56,059 nucleotides of DNA from a virus (lineage: Duplodnaviria; Caudoviricetes): positions 1 to 56,059 of the IMG/VR virus record IMGVR_UViG_3300033146_004156. One strand, written 5' to 3'. Below are positions 29,806 to 39,503 of this stretch, one piece after another (within the stretch, counting starts at the first letter, position 1; each line of letters opens with the position of its first letter). The position numbers and the translations under genes were made by a program. The notes under the pieces were generated by a model. It was not told the origin of the DNA and searched no databases. It saw only the letters and a list, made by a program, of their open reading frames with translations.

Positions 29806-31074
29806 ATGGCATCAACAGGTATATTACAAAGAAGAGATTTAAAAGCCAATTTAATAAGTGGAATTCCATCAGATATTAATTATGGTTGGAGCGGGCAAGT
29901 TGCGATTGGTGAATTTGTTTTTGCCACAGACTTTAAAGAAATTGGATTTGTTGACAGTACAGATACATTAGTTTGGAGAGATATTGATGACTTTGGTAAT
30001 TCAATTTCGACAATTGAAGATCTATCTAATGTGGATGTAACTGGATTAACAGATACTAACATATTACAGTATGATTCAGCCACTTCTTCTTGGAAACCCG
30101 TAGCATCAACGCTAAGTATAACAGAATTAACTGATGTTGATACTGCGACTGTTGCTCCTACAGATACTCAAACTTTAGTGTGGGATAATGCTAATTCTTT
30201 ATGGAAACCTGGCACAATTGATACTGGTGATACTTCATCAGGTTTAGAAGCTATAGATGATGGTAATGGTATAGGTTGGAGATTAATAGGAACAGACCCT
30301 TTAAATTATGGAAATATTGGACTAAATAGTATCGATTTTTCATATTCTTCTGGTAGTTCTAATATATTTGGACCAACACAATCCAACTCTTTTACAATTG
30401 GTTATAATACTATAGCTTCAGGTAAAATGGCTTTTGCTGGAGGTTATACTACTGTTGCTTCTGGTGATAGATCTTTTGCTGGTGGCGGAGGAACTGTTGC
30501 TTCGGGTGATGCTTCTTTTACTTATGGAACAGATAATATAGCATCTGCAACAAATTCAACTACTTTTGGGCAGGGTATTAATGCAATAAATAATGCTTCT
30601 TTTGCGTTAGGAAGTTTTAATGTTGGTACTGATATTAACACAATTTTAGAAGTTGGTATTGGTACATCAGATAGTATAAGAGCAAACGGATTAGAAGTTT
30701 ATTTAGATGGAACTGCAACTTTACCAGAAGCAACTCCAGCAGAAATAACTAATAGAGGTGACCAAGCAATTGCAACTGTTGGATATGTTAATACAGTTGC
30801 CGGTGGCGGTGGCGGTGGCTCTTCTACTCCATTAGATATAGAAATAGCATTTGCAAATATTACAAATATGTTATATGATGTAAATAATTATTTAACTAAA
30901 ACTGTTTATGCTGCATTTGAATCTTATAATGCTGGTTATACAAGTAATTATACTTATGGTTCAAATAATAATCTTGATACTTTAATTATTAAAAATGATG
31001 TTGCGGTGGTTGTATTAACAGTTACATACGGATATGATGCAAATAATAATCTAATAACTGTAACTCGTACTTAG
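29806..31074 (+). CDS. Fibre/adhesin protein with LxDVD repeats and YadA-like head repeats
   Basis: DLSNVD/ELTDVD..L.WD...W repeats; ~14-aa T.ASG..(S/A)FAGG repeats; paralogous core in 45464..46906. Confidence 0.7.
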   Translation: MASTGILQRRDLKANLISGIPSDINYGWSGQVAIGEFVFATDFKEIGFVDSTDTLVWRDIDDFGNSISTIEDLSNVDVTGLTDTNILQYDSATSSWKPVASTLSITELTDVDTATVAPTDTQTLVWDNANSLWKPGTIDTGDTSSGLEAIDDGNGIGWRLIGTDPLNYGNIGLNSIDFSYSSGSSNIFGPTQSNSFTIGYNTIASGKMAFAGGYTTVASGDRSFAGGGGTVASGDASFTYGTDNIASATNSTTFGQGINAINNASFALGSFNVGTDINTILEVGIGTSDSIRANGLEVYLDGTATLPEATPAEITNRGDQAIATVGYVNTVAGGGGGGSSTPLDIEIAFANITNMLYDVNNYLTKTVYAAFESYNAGYTSNYTYGSNNNLDTLIIKNDVAVVVLTVTYGYDANNNLITVTRT

Positions 31075-31083
31075 GACTAAAAT

Positions 31084-32457
31084 ATGAGTGCTACATTAGC
31101 AGAAGACGTAATAGTATTGGATAAAGTTGGTGGAAATATTATATGTGGTTATGGTTTAAATATTTCTAATTTTTTCGGAGAAACATTAAAAAATAAATCT
31201 ATATTAGATCCAATGGCAGAAACTAAATGGTATTGGCCTTTTAATTGTAAAGATTTATTAACCGATACAATAGTGAATAAAGTAGCTATTTCTAACGGAA
31301 TACCAGAACAAGATACACTATTATATAATAATTTTTCGTATCCATGTGTAAAATTAGATTCAACAGAGTATTTAGGCATGGGGTTGATATATAATGGTAG
31401 TGTAAATGAAAATACTTTTCAAAAAACTACAACAATTTCATTTATTTTTAATACTGATAAAATAGTATACGGTAGTAAAATAGCACAAGGGCATCACACT
31501 ACTGGAACAGCTGTATTATTAACTAGTAATTTATTTGGTTTACATTTTACTTATGATAACACTACATCATTAACACTGGGTATTTATAATTCAAATGGTG
31601 ATTATGATTATTGTTATACATCTGGGATAAACTTTCAAATAAATACTAGTTATCATGTGACTTGTGTCTTAGATGCTGCCACATCATCAGCAAAAATATA
31701 TATCGATGGTATATTAAGAGGTTCATCAACAATTTCAGGGATAGTACAAACATATTATGATGCTAATGTATATTTTAATTGGTCAACAACCTCAAATCAA
31801 GGAAATATTAAAATAGCTAATTTTAAACTTATTAAAAAAGCTTTAAGTGCTTCTGAAGTTTTAACATTATCTACTGAAGAAATTAATGTACAAGTATTCG
31901 TCCCTATTAAAATTTCAACAAGGAAACATTTTCCAGAAGATCAAGAAGAATCAGAAGACCCAGTTGATACATCTGGGTGGTACCACATCACATTTAATTC
32001 CGATACTTATGGTGATTATGATTTAGATACATTAACTCCAACTTCAGGATTTGGCGGAACATTTGCGAACCATTCGCTAGATTCAAATAATTATTTGACT
32101 TCTACAGGTGCATCTTCTAATAATAGTTTTAAATCTAGAGTTGTTGATAGTATTCATCTTGAGGCAGATAGAAATTATACAGATAAATCAACAACTAGTA
32201 ATTATCGTTGTAAAATTACCTGGGACCCCAATACTAGAACTTGGGATAGAACAGATAATGTAGATTATTGGTTATATCCTATAAATCAAACCGCAAGTAA
32301 TTCTCACTCATTAGGTGTAATTACATCAGACCCAAGATTCTTATGTGATGTTTATGATACAAATACATCGGATTCAAACTCTAGTGGAGAATATTCATTA
32401 TTTCCAAAAAATGCTTTTATTTATTTACATAACGGCGAAAGAATAGAGGAGATATAA
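31084..32457 (+). CDS. Cassette gene A1: LamG/ConA-like lectin domain protein (1 LamG plus a C-terminal domain)
   Basis: MSATLAEDVIVLDKVGGN; HVTCV..KIYIDG..KALSASEV. Confidence 0.75.
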   Translation: MSATLAEDVIVLDKVGGNIICGYGLNISNFFGETLKNKSILDPMAETKWYWPFNCKDLLTDTIVNKVAISNGIPEQDTLLYNNFSYPCVKLDSTEYLGMGLIYNGSVNENTFQKTTTISFIFNTDKIVYGSKIAQGHHTTGTAVLLTSNLFGLHFTYDNTTSLTLGIYNSNGDYDYCYTSGINFQINTSYHVTCVLDAATSSAKIYIDGILRGSSTISGIVQTYYDANVYFNWSTTSNQGNIKIANFKLIKKALSASEVLTLSTEEINVQVFVPIKISTRKHFPEDQEESEDPVDTSGWYHITFNSDTYGDYDLDTLTPTSGFGGTFANHSLDSNNYLTSTGASSNNSFKSRVVDSIHLEADRNYTDKSTTSNYRCKITWDPNTRTWDRTDNVDYWLYPINQTASNSHSLGVITSDPRFLCDVYDTNTSDSNSSGEYSLFPKNAFIYLHNGERIEEI

Positions 32458-33896
32458 TGTCAGCAGAATTAGGTGTTTTAAATAAGATTAGACCACATAA
32501 AGATTTTTATGGTATTCATAAAGATGATTTTAATTCAAATAGAAGTATAGATATATCTAGAGTATTTGATAAAACTCCAAATATTGGCGATAGTACTGTA
32601 GATATTCATGATATTTTTGAAGATGGTAGTTGTTTAGCTACATATCAATTTAATGGGGATGTTACAGATTTAGGTGGGAATTATGATGGAACAAATACAA
32701 ATATAATATTTGAAGATGGAGTATATAATGAATCTAGTAAATTTAGTGGTAACTCATATTCAGATTTAGGATTTAATCTAAACACTAAGTCATTCTCTAT
32801 ATCTATGTGGGTTTATCAATCTAATAATGCATATATATTAGGAAACGTTCAATCTTCAGCTTCTGATTATGGTATTATTTTATATTCTAGAGATGGTTTT
32901 ATACAAATGAGATTCTTCAATTCAAGTGGAACATATTCTTCATTAGATATTATATGTAATAATAATTCTTGGAACCATATAACATATACATATAATAGAG
33001 ATTCTCATATTATAAAAGGATATTTAGACGGTATTTTATTTGATTCAACGATAAATCTACATTTAATAGATATTTCTGCAACATATAACTTAAGATTGGG
33101 TGGATTTCCTAATCCTCATAGTTCTGGGTTTATTGGAAATGTGGATCAATTCCGTGCCTTTAATAGAGTATTAACAGAATTAGAGATAAAAAAACTCTAT
33201 TATGAACAACCACAGAAAAAAATTGTGATGGATATTGAAATGCCTCAAGAATATATTAGTACAGTAAGTAATGTAGACCCATTCGATGATGATTCTGGAG
33301 TTGCTCTTTATCAGTTCGATGGAGATGCATTGGATACTGGTGGTAATTATCATGGAACTAATTCTGGAGTTACATTTGAATCCGGTAAGTATAATCAATG
33401 TGGTGTGTTTAATGGTTCCAATTCTTATATTAGCTCTATTACCACTAATCAACAAGTATATTGTGTTAGTTGTTATATAAACATTAATGATTTTTCAGAT
33501 AGTGGTATTTATAATACACTATCAGATTTTTCTGAATATTCAACTTCGGGAATATTGCTAGCTTTAGATTCTTCCTCACAGAGTATAGTAGGGTTATGTA
33601 GGGATGGCACAAATAGTTCAACTGTAAGTTTTAGTGCTAACATTGATAAGTACTATTTTATAGTATTACAAGTTGATTACAAAACAGTGAGTTTATATAT
33701 AGATGGTAATCTTGTGGATACTCACATTAATGCGAATGATTTTATAATTGCACAAAAAAATACACAAATTGGAGTTTATGGTATTAGTGGTGTGTCATAT
33801 CACTTTAATGGTAAAATAGATCAACTAAGAATATTCAACAGAGCTTTAGATGAAAAAGAGATAAATATATTATATAACGAAAGGGTCTTAAGATGA
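32457..33896 (+). CDS. Cassette gene B1: two LamG domains
   Basis: Two YQF.GD..D.GGNY.GT ... DQ.R.FNR.L..EI..LY modules. Confidence 0.85.
   Translation: MSAELGVLNKIRPHKDFYGIHKDDFNSNRSIDISRVFDKTPNIGDSTVDIHDIFEDGSCLATYQFNGDVTDLGGNYDGTNTNIIFEDGVYNESSKFSGNSYSDLGFNLNTKSFSISMWVYQSNNAYILGNVQSSASDYGIILYSRDGFIQMRFFNSSGTYSSLDIICNNNSWNHITYTYNRDSHIIKGYLDGILFDSTINLHLIDISATYNLRLGGFPNPHSSGFIGNVDQFRAFNRVLTELEIKKLYYEQPQKKIVMDIEMPQEYISTVSNVDPFDDDSGVALYQFDGDALDTGGNYHGTNSGVTFESGKYNQCGVFNGSNSYISSITTNQQVYCVSCYININDFSDSGIYNTLSDFSEYSTSGILLALDSSSQSIVGLCRDGTNSSTVSFSANIDKYYFIVLQVDYKTVSLYIDGNLVDTHINANDFIIAQKNTQIGVYGISGVSYHFNGKIDQLRIFNRALDEKEINILYNERVLR
33243..33404 (+). repeat. 162-nt direct repeat, second copy at 38841-39002
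   Basis: Only 4 mismatches by eye; encodes the 5' edge of a LamG module in B1 and B2. Confidence 0.9.
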
Positions 33897-33949
33897 GTGC
33901 AGAATTAGCAATACTTAACAAAGCAAAAAACGAATCTGGCCATACTGTT
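33808..33949 (+). repeat. Direct repeat spanning the B/C gene junction, second copy at about 39406-39556
   Basis: Shared ggtaaaatagatcaa..agaatattcaacagagcttta..gaaaaagagataaatatattatataacgaaa and atgag(t/c)gcagaattagcaatacttaacaaagcaaaaaacgaa. Confidence 0.85.
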
Positions 33950-35986
33950 GCAGCACCTTATTACGATGTAGATGAAACTAAACTGGATATTAGTGAAAAA
34001 ATTATAGGTAAAGATACAACCAATATTCATAATGTTTTCAATGATGAGAGCTGTATCGCTACATATCAATTCAATGGAGATGCTAATGATTTAAGTGGGA
34101 ATTATAATTTCACTAGTAATTTAGTAGATTATGTGGATGGTAATTTTCATAAAGCTATTGAATTTAATAATATCAATTCGCTATTAACATCTACAAGTTT
34201 ACAACCAATATTTGCACAAACAGATATTTCTATAAGTCAGTGGATTAAAGTAAAAGATTTTACATCCTTTGAATATATATGGAATGTTGGCGCAACCGTA
34301 GATAACTTTGCAATGACTCTTTATTTTAATAATGATACAATAGTATTTGGTTTAGTTGATAACGAGTATAATACACATAATCTTGTTGTACCCATAATAA
34401 AAAATAATGAATGGGTGCATATTGCTATAGTTCTAAATAATACTCACAGTAAATTATATATTAATGGAACGCTTGCTGGAGAAAACACTGATGTGTTTAC
34501 AAGAATTAGTATAACTCATGGGTTATTTGTTGGCGGGTGGGGTACTCATATAGATTTAAATAAATATACTGGACAATTAAATCAGATGAGAATATTTAAT
34601 AAAATATTATCAAATACTGAAGTTAAAGATTTATATAATGAATACAATATAGTCTCCGGATACGAAGGAACTTACTCAACAACAGATTTACACGATATCT
34701 TTAATGATGGTTCTGCAATTGCCACTTATACAATGGATGGTAATGTTAAAGATCTTTCAGGAAATTATGATGGTGTTGCTACTAATATTAATTATGCTAA
34801 GGGTAATTTTTATGGTTCAAGAAGTTCAGTTTTTGATGGGGCATCAAATATTGATTTATTAGAGCATGCATCGGCTTTTGAATCTAATAACTATTCAGTT
34901 TCGGGTTTTGTAACATTTAATAAACTCGAAGGGCAGAGAGGCATATTTAATAGTTTTTATTATCAAGCAAGTAATGTGTATTGGGGAATATTTATAGGCT
35001 ACTTCGGTTCTGCATTACAGGTTGTTCATATGAATAATGGTCCATGGGGCCTGGATGAACAACTAATTTCATTAGACTGCCTTATAGAAGATACTAAACA
35101 TTTTATTACAATAACTAGTAATGATGCATATGTTAAAATATATGCCGACAACATTTTAATTTCAGAAAAACAACTACCTTTAGCTGGTTGGGCTACAACA
35201 AAGGCACAAAAAATAGGGGATCTATTAACTGCTCAAATAGAGCAACTAAGAATATTTAACAGAGCATTAACAGAATCCGAAATAAATACACTATACACTG
35301 AAACTTTACCTCGCCCAATATCTGAAGATATTTCTGATATTTTTGAGGATAATAGTATTTTAGCTCATTATAAATTTAATAATAATGCAGTTGATGAGAC
35401 TGCAAATTATAATGGAACAGTACTTGATACTACTTATACAACAGGAAAATTTAATAAAGGTTTAGAGTTAAGTGGATATGGAAATAGTTATTTAAGTATC
35501 CCGCTTAAATTAAGTACAGTTTCATCTATTAGTTTATGGATAAACTTTAATAATTTTGACCACCGTATTGGTATATACAGTGAGTGGTGGAATTCATATG
35601 ATTGTTGTCATAACATGTGGGCTGCTGGTGGAGAAATACGAACACATACCCAACATGTTTGTACTTCTAGTGGTCAAACAAATGATTACCGCTCTAATTT
35701 AAAATTAGATTTAAATACTTGGTATAATGTAACTGCGATTTATGATGATACTAAACATGAAGTATATATTGATGGAATTAAAGTTATAGATGGCACTATA
35801 CAAGCTTTTACAGGAGGAAGGAATTTACGTTTTGGACCTTATTATCAAGATGTTTCAGTTTATCCAGATAGAACATTAGATGGTAGTATAGACCAAATAA
35901 GAATTTTTAATAAGGCTTTATCACATAAAGAAGTCTTAGATTTATATAATGAAATGCCAGAATTAAAGGCGGTAATACAAAAATGA
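33893..35986 (+). CDS. Cassette gene C1: three LamG domains
   Basis: MSAELAILNKAKNE; three modules ending RIFN(K/R)(I/A)L; C-terminus PELKAVIQK. Confidence 0.85.
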   Translation: MSAELAILNKAKNESGHTVAAPYYDVDETKLDISEKIIGKDTTNIHNVFNDESCIATYQFNGDANDLSGNYNFTSNLVDYVDGNFHKAIEFNNINSLLTSTSLQPIFAQTDISISQWIKVKDFTSFEYIWNVGATVDNFAMTLYFNNDTIVFGLVDNEYNTHNLVVPIIKNNEWVHIAIVLNNTHSKLYINGTLAGENTDVFTRISITHGLFVGGWGTHIDLNKYTGQLNQMRIFNKILSNTEVKDLYNEYNIVSGYEGTYSTTDLHDIFNDGSAIATYTMDGNVKDLSGNYDGVATNINYAKGNFYGSRSSVFDGASNIDLLEHASAFESNNYSVSGFVTFNKLEGQRGIFNSFYYQASNVYWGIFIGYFGSALQVVHMNNGPWGLDEQLISLDCLIEDTKHFITITSNDAYVKIYADNILISEKQLPLAGWATTKAQKIGDLLTAQIEQLRIFNRALTESEINTLYTETLPRPISEDISDIFEDNSILAHYKFNNNAVDETANYNGTVLDTTYTTGKFNKGLELSGYGNSYLSIPLKLSTVSSISLWINFNNFDHRIGIYSEWWNSYDCCHNMWAAGGEIRTHTQHVCTSSGQTNDYRSNLKLDLNTWYNVTAIYDDTKHEVYIDGIKVIDGTIQAFTGGRNLRFGPYYQDVSVYPDRTLDGSIDQIRIFNKALSHKEVLDLYNEMPELKAVIQK

Positions 35987-36606
35987 GTAAAGAATTAACT
36001 AGTGCTAGAAGTGTTGTAGCTTATGGTATGAGAGCAATAAAAGATGAAAATTTTAACTCTGAGACAATGATTGATGTTACATTAGATGCTTCCATGAATA
36101 ATCCTGTATCGTCAGGCACAAAAATTATAATACCATATCGAGATGGTGATTATGAACAAGTCTATGAAGTACCTAACAAATGTGTTAGATTATCAGATGG
36201 AACTATGTGGTGTCATACATACAATGTTCCCGATAATAGTAATGAAGCTGGAGTAAAAGCAGCTATCAAAGCAGAATTTGGTGACTCTGCTGTAATTTTA
36301 GATTGGTCCGATTTAATTGCGTATCATTCAGTCAATGGGGATTTACAACCTATGTTTGATTTAGCTACAAATCTTAACATAACACTTTATAGCGGTATTT
36401 ATGGAATATGCCAATATTATGGAGACTATACCCAATCAAGTTCAAAAAAATATTTTGTTGCTAGTGAAGCACAATATCATACATCTAGTTTTTCTGTATT
36501 TGCAACACTTGGGGTTGGTGAAGGCACACACGGAGATGATTTAGCAAATATGAGTTCTGGAGATGGACAATTTCCTTGTTATGTTAAAATTCCGACACCA
36601 GTATAA
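35983..36606 (+). CDS. Cassette gene D1: scaffold with a non-LamG passenger domain
   Basis: MSKELTSARSVVAYGMR...TMIDVT N-terminus shared with 41681..42988. Confidence 0.7.
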   Translation: MSKELTSARSVVAYGMRAIKDENFNSETMIDVTLDASMNNPVSSGTKIIIPYRDGDYEQVYEVPNKCVRLSDGTMWCHTYNVPDNSNEAGVKAAIKAEFGDSAVILDWSDLIAYHSVNGDLQPMFDLATNLNITLYSGIYGICQYYGDYTQSSSKKYFVASEAQYHTSSFSVFATLGVGEGTHGDDLANMSSGDGQFPCYVKIPTPV

Positions 36607-36609
36607 ATA
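36602..36609 (+). promoter_or_regulatory. Late promoter at the start of the second four-gene cassette
   Basis: TATAAATA overlaps the D1 stop, 17 nt before the A2 ATG. Confidence 0.65.
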
Positions 36610-36626
36610 GTATAAAAAGGACTTAA

Positions 36627-38678
36627 ATGAGTGCAGAATTAGCGGAAGATATACAAGTCCTTGATAAAATTGGTGGAAATAAATTTTCAGACACTAAAGG
36701 TGTATATATAATAGTTGATGATTTTACATCACATTACAAGTTAGAAAGCAATGCACTAGATGCAACAGGAAACTACAATGGTACTGAACTAGGAAATACA
36801 TACGAATTGGTAAATGGTAAAGGGTCAGTAGCTAGTTTTGATGGAGTGGATGATTATATAACTATACCTAGTGATGCTACATCATTAGATAATACTACAT
36901 TTTGTTTTTGGTACCGAGTAACAGGCACAGGAACTGGTGGAGATGATTCTGAATTACCATCTGATGTGTTCTTCAGTAAGGGTAGATATAATAGTTCTTT
37001 CACTGGAATGGTTGTACTTAGAGCAAACGATGCTACAGTAGCCAAGGTAATGTATCATAAAGGATCTGGAGTTATTGGTAATGCATTATACGTGTTTGAT
37101 ATACCAGCTGAGGTAGGAACTTTCCACCATTTAGCTTTCCATCATGATAATTCAGGTGTTGATAGTGTTCTTACAGTATTTATTGATGGAGAATATCATG
37201 GATCTCATTCTACTACTAACTCAACATTTGATAATTCTTTAGATTTAATGATAGGGGCTGGACTCACATATAATAATGGGACTATAGGTGATTTTCTCAA
37301 AGGTAACATATCAAACCTAAGAATTTATGATAGAGTATTATCTTCGCTAGAGATAAATTCAATTTATAACTCAGAATTGGATAATACACCAAAATATAAA
37401 AACAAACTAAGTGTCTTAGACTTCTTAACAGATACTGACCCTACTCCTCAAGATTATGTAGCGTATTACCCTTTGACTGGAACAGCTGAGGATAAGACTG
37501 GAAATTATGATGGTGTTGAGAATGGTGGTTTAACTTATGTTGATGATTCTGAGAGAGGAAGTGTTGTAAATTTTGATGGAGTTGATGATATTATTTCTGA
37601 TTCAATATATAATATTAGTGACTCAGGTAGTTTATCATATTATATTAAGTCTAATGATTTAATTAAACAACATATTCAAACGAGTAAATTTTTCTGTTAT
37701 AGAGACTATATTTTTATATGGGATGCCAATAATGGAAAGGAAAATTATACATCATATAATATGAGTAGTTTTATGAAAACAGGTGAATGGAATCACATAT
37801 ACGTAGATACAAATACTATAGCCGTTAATGGTCATATTATAGATGTCACAGGAGTAAGCGGGGTAGCTTCGTATATATATGATGTGGGGACTATTGGTGG
37901 AGGTTTTAATAGAACGAATGGATTTTATTACGCTAACACTCAATTATCAAGTATAAGAATCTATGATAGAGTACTATCAACAAAAGAAATAGAAACAATT
38001 TACAACTATGAAAAGATTACACATAATGTTCCAGTAGATGATGGACTAATTGCTTATTATCCATTGAAGAAAAATTCGAAGGATAATTGGTACAATCAAT
38101 TCAATGGCACTGATACAGGTGTTGTTTATGATGGACAGAGTGCTAGTTTTGATGGAGTTGATGATAAAATCGATATTAGTCAAATTTCGAGTCAACTAAA
38201 AATACAAAATTTTAGCATAAGTTGTTGGGTAAAAAAGGTAGATGATTCAAATGTTACATTTTTCGGCTACACTAATCATAATTACTATTATGGATACACT
38301 CTTAATTCAATTAACTCTAAGTATAGATTCACATCATATGGTGATAATGGAGTAGCTCAGATTGATATTCAATCAGAAAGTAATATCGTAGTTGGAAAAT
38401 TTCAACATGTAGTGGTTACAATTTCTGACAATAATATTCGTATGTATATTAATGGAGAGATAATCATATCTGAATCAAGTCAAAATATTCTGTTTGATAC
38501 TACCATGTATAGTCTCATAGGCGAAAATTCAATCAGAAACGATTATAATAGATATATGAAGGGCAACTTATCTGATTTCAGATTTTACAACAAAGCTCTG
38601 AGTGATAATGAAATAAAAGAAATCTACGACACTGAATTACCAGAATTTATAGATTTAACAATACCAAAAAAAGGATAA
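36627..38678 (+). CDS. Cassette gene A2: three LamG domains
   Basis: MSAELAEDIQVLDKIGGN; three SFDGVDD/NFDGVDD...R(I/F)Y(D/N)(R/K)(V/A)LS modules. Confidence 0.85.
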   Translation: MSAELAEDIQVLDKIGGNKFSDTKGVYIIVDDFTSHYKLESNALDATGNYNGTELGNTYELVNGKGSVASFDGVDDYITIPSDATSLDNTTFCFWYRVTGTGTGGDDSELPSDVFFSKGRYNSSFTGMVVLRANDATVAKVMYHKGSGVIGNALYVFDIPAEVGTFHHLAFHHDNSGVDSVLTVFIDGEYHGSHSTTNSTFDNSLDLMIGAGLTYNNGTIGDFLKGNISNLRIYDRVLSSLEINSIYNSELDNTPKYKNKLSVLDFLTDTDPTPQDYVAYYPLTGTAEDKTGNYDGVENGGLTYVDDSERGSVVNFDGVDDIISDSIYNISDSGSLSYYIKSNDLIKQHIQTSKFFCYRDYIFIWDANNGKENYTSYNMSSFMKTGEWNHIYVDTNTIAVNGHIIDVTGVSGVASYIYDVGTIGGGFNRTNGFYYANTQLSSIRIYDRVLSTKEIETIYNYEKITHNVPVDDGLIAYYPLKKNSKDNWYNQFNGTDTGVVYDGQSASFDGVDDKIDISQISSQLKIQNFSISCWVKKVDDSNVTFFGYTNHNYYYGYTLNSINSKYRFTSYGDNGVAQIDIQSESNIVVGKFQHVVVTISDNNIRMYINGEIIISESSQNILFDTTMYSLIGENSIRNDYNRYMKGNLSDFRFYNKALSDNEIKEIYDTELPEFIDLTIPKKG

Positions 38679-38681
38679 GAA

Positions 38682-39503
38682 ATGTCAGCAGAGTTAGCAA
38701 CAATACAACAAATTAAGAAAAAGAAAGATATGTATGCAATACATGAAGATAATTTTATTCCAAATAAACAGATTGATATTTCTGGGATGTTTCCTGAGAC
38801 TACATTAATAGATAAGAAAATAGTCCTAGATATAGAAGAACCTCAAGAATATATTAGTACAGTAAGTAATGTAGACCCATTCGATGATGATTCTGGAGTT
38901 GCTCTTTATCAGTTCGATGGAGATGTTTTAGATACTGGTGGCAATTATCATGGAACTAATTCTGGAGTTACATTTGAATCCGGTAAGTATAATCAATGTG
39001 GTTATTTTGATGGAAATCATCAAATTACAACAAATGTTCCATATTTTACAGGAGACTTTACAATCAGTGCTCATATCAAAACAGATGGAACAGCTGGAGG
39101 ATACTTGGCATCTGAATGGAATTCTTCTGGTGGGTATGGTATTTTTATTTCTATCGGACATGATGCTATTGGACTTGGGGCATATAACGGGACTAATCAA
39201 ATATCTACATGGGGTTTGGTAGATCATGACAATGGTAATAGCTGGAATCATGTCACATTCTCCTTTAATGGAACTACTGATGTTGACGGTGTTAAATTAT
39301 TTTTCAATGGTAAGGAAGTTGGATCTGGTTCATCAACTAGTGCAGTGTTAAGTGGTGCTTCACATCCTTTATATATTGGAACTACAATGCATAGTACGCA
39401 ATTTGATGGTAAAATAGATCAATTCAGAATATTCAACAGAGCTTTAAACGAAAAAGAGATAAATATATTATATAACGAAAAAATTGAAAGGCATCTTACA
39501 TGA
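38682..39503 (+). CDS. Cassette gene B2: one LamG domain
   Basis: N-terminus and PQEYISTVSNVDPFDDDSG block shared with B1. Confidence 0.85.
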   Translation: MSAELATIQQIKKKKDMYAIHEDNFIPNKQIDISGMFPETTLIDKKIVLDIEEPQEYISTVSNVDPFDDDSGVALYQFDGDVLDTGGNYHGTNSGVTFESGKYNQCGYFDGNHQITTNVPYFTGDFTISAHIKTDGTAGGYLASEWNSSGGYGIFISIGHDAIGLGAYNGTNQISTWGLVDHDNGNSWNHVTFSFNGTTDVDGVKLFFNGKEVGSGSSTSAVLSGASHPLYIGTTMHSTQFDGKIDQFRIFNRALNEKEINILYNEKIERHLT

